A stretch of 64,000 bases of DNA from the human T2T-CHM13v2.0 reference genome, Homo sapiens. The notes beneath the pieces are model-generated. The model searched no databases and was not told the DNA's origin. It saw only the letters and a program-made list of their open reading frames with translations. The stretch lies in the NCBI RefSeq assembly GCF_009914755.1, contig NC_060936.1, one strand, 5' to 3'. Position numbers and translations under genes: made by a program. How positions within the stretch are numbered: position 1 is the first letter of the stretch; every line of letters begins with the position of its first letter. Positions 61,192-64,000 of the stretch are shown piece after piece.

Positions 61192-62035
61192 CTGAGATCA
61201 GGAGGTGCTGACTGCCTGGGGTCAGGGATGGGAAGCTTGGGCTGAGCCTGAGGGGTCCTGGAGCCTGAGACTAACTATTTTCTAAAAGAAATGGCAAATA
61301 CAACCATTATTTGTTGTTTTTTTTTCCTTTATTAAGTAAGCAATGAATGTTCTTAGTAGAAAGTGTAGAAATTGCAGATGCATGAAATGAACTAAATGAA
61401 ACCATTCCACAAAAATAATCCCCAAACCAAGGGACCCTTACCATTTGTATTTGAGTAGGCCTCATTCATGTCTTATGTCTACATGAGCCCCCTCCCCATT
61501 ATCCCATAGGAAAGAGAGAATGAGTCCTTAAAAAGTTGTTCATGGGGTAAGGGTTTCTCTCAACTTCATTTTGAATTGCAAAAGGAAGTTTAGAGAAGAT
61601 GCATGGGCTTTAAAGGACCTCTATTAACATGAATACTGGGACCTAAAGAGGTGTCCCAGGAAACCAGGAAAACAAGTGGTAAAGAAATTGGACTCAGACT
61701 TAGCAATTATTCCTTGGAAGATGACCTTACACTTACATGCATGGATGGGGATGTATACAGTGTTTTTACAGTTACTTAAAAGAAGAATCTCACATTGATA
61801 TTGTGGAGGTTTCACACTTAAAGGATTAATTTAGAAATGTCCTAATGCCACATGAATCCCTCGCTGTGGTCAAGAGTTTCCTGATTCAAGGCTTCTGTTT
61901 CTCCCTCCGCTTAGATGAAAGAAAAGATGTGAAGCCCTGGAAAACTTGGCTTTGAAGATGCCAAACTCGCTTTAGAGAAGAGAAAGGCATTACTGTTGGA
62001 GATGCTTGTGAAGAATTTGAGTTAAAAAAATTGTT

Positions 62036-62694
<659 letters not shown>

Positions 62695-62899
62695 CTAAAC
62701 TAGTATTATAAGTACATATTTGTTTTCCCTAAAAGCTTATATAATCTGGACAACCCCAGCATTTCTGTTCACTCACTGGGACATATTTTTTTTTTAATTT
62801 TTGCACTGGGAAAATTGATTCGGGCATTAGTGGTATGTACATTCCAATGTAATTCCCATTGACTTGGGCATTAGTGGTATGTATATTCATATTTTAAAA

Positions 62900-63260
62900 A
62901 ATCTGGAGTATTTTATACATGCTCTTTGATAATCTATTTTTAAACAATACATTTTAGATTATGTTAGTACACCTTTATGATGATCCATTTCCACTTAATG
63001 AATAGTAAATATATTTTTTCTTCCTTATGATTTTAATGTTTTCTTTTTTCTAGCTTACTTTATTGTAAGAATACAGTATCTAATACATATAACATACAAA
63101 ATATGTGTTAATCGATTGTTTATATTATCAATAGGCTTCCAGTCAATAGTAGGCTATTAGCTGTTACATTTCCAAAAACATAGTCAAACATTGTATGAGG
63201 ATTTTCAGCTGCACGGGGTGTTGGTGCTCCAACCCCTGCACCGTGCAAGGTCAATTGTAT
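62900..63260 (+). mobile_element. Tigger2-family fragment
   Basis: CTTACTTTATTGTAAGAATACAGTAT...GGTCAATTGTA terminal. Confidence 0.7.
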
Positions 63261-63311
63261 ATCTATGTCATAGTTTTTATGATCTACACAGTATAAGAAT
63301 ATCATATTGTG

Positions 63312-63624
63312 GTTTTGTTTTTGCTTTTGTTTTAAAAGACAGGGTGTTGCTGTATCACACAATCTGAAGTGTGGTGGCACCATCATAGCTCACTGTAACC
63401 CCAAACTCCTGGGCTGAAGTGATCTTCCCACTTCAGCCTCCTGAGTAGCTAGGACTACAAGGGTGTGCCACCATGCTTGGATAATTAAAAAAAAATTTTT
63501 TTAGTAGAGACAGGATCTTGCCGTGTTGCCCAGGCTGTTCTCAGACTCCTGACCTCAAGTGATCTTCCTACCTCTGCCTCCCAAAGCACTGGGATTACAG
63601 GTGTGAACCATCCATGCCTGGCCC
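63312..63624 (-). mobile_element. AluJ
   Basis: Diverged full Alu. Confidence 0.88.
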
Positions 63625-64000
63625 AAAAATTGTATACTCAAAATTATTGAATGCTTTTCTTATCTCTTTTATGTCGTGTGTGCATGTGTGTGTTTGTGTG
63701 TGCATGTGTGTGTGTGTGTGTTTGTAAGCCACATGCTATGAAAAGCTTTCAGCATAGTCTACTGGGCCTGGAGTTCTAGCCCTGGCCTGGCTCTGCAGCT
63801 TCACATGTCATGGGCTGCCCCCACCTCCTCACTGGCTGATGTCTTTCCACTCCATGTGCTTTTCTGTCACTCCGCCTTTTTCTGTCACCCCTCCTGTCCC
63901 TGCTTCCCCTCTAGGCTGAGAGCCCCCAGGGGCCCCACTTATGCACCACTGTATCCCCAGTGCCTGCTGCAGGCCTGGCATCTGGGAGGTGCTTATTCAA

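Overview
Primate (human-like) genomic DNA with no clearly intact protein-coding gene. From left to right: (1) a degenerate ~343-bp tandem satellite made of two ~171-bp monomers that align to alpha satellite (1-~3563, array continues off the left edge); (2) a nested retroelement block (old L1M pieces, Tigger1, and a 5'-truncated L1PA7-like element carrying a solo LTR12 and a small retroposed 3'-end fragment); (3) two tandem three-exon RFPL-family (RING + B30.2) units, each with a DUX4-type motif and TATA-like box. The first is only one nonsense codon away from a 297-aa ORF, the second is decayed; (4) an AT-rich simple-repeat array split by an MLT2A LTR; (5) an unprocessed duplicate of the first coding exon of CORO1C; (6) a TSD-flanked PDCD2 retrocopy of an intron-3-polyadenylated transcript; (7) an intronless POM121-like pseudogene with a co-oriented LTR12 about 1 kb upstream. 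About 22 Alus and many older repeats are interspersed. From recall, not verified, the gene content suggests human 12q23.3 (ASCL4-WSCD2 interval), an ancestral 12/22 synteny breakpoint. Repeat subfamily calls are by eye and boundaries of old repeats are approximate.
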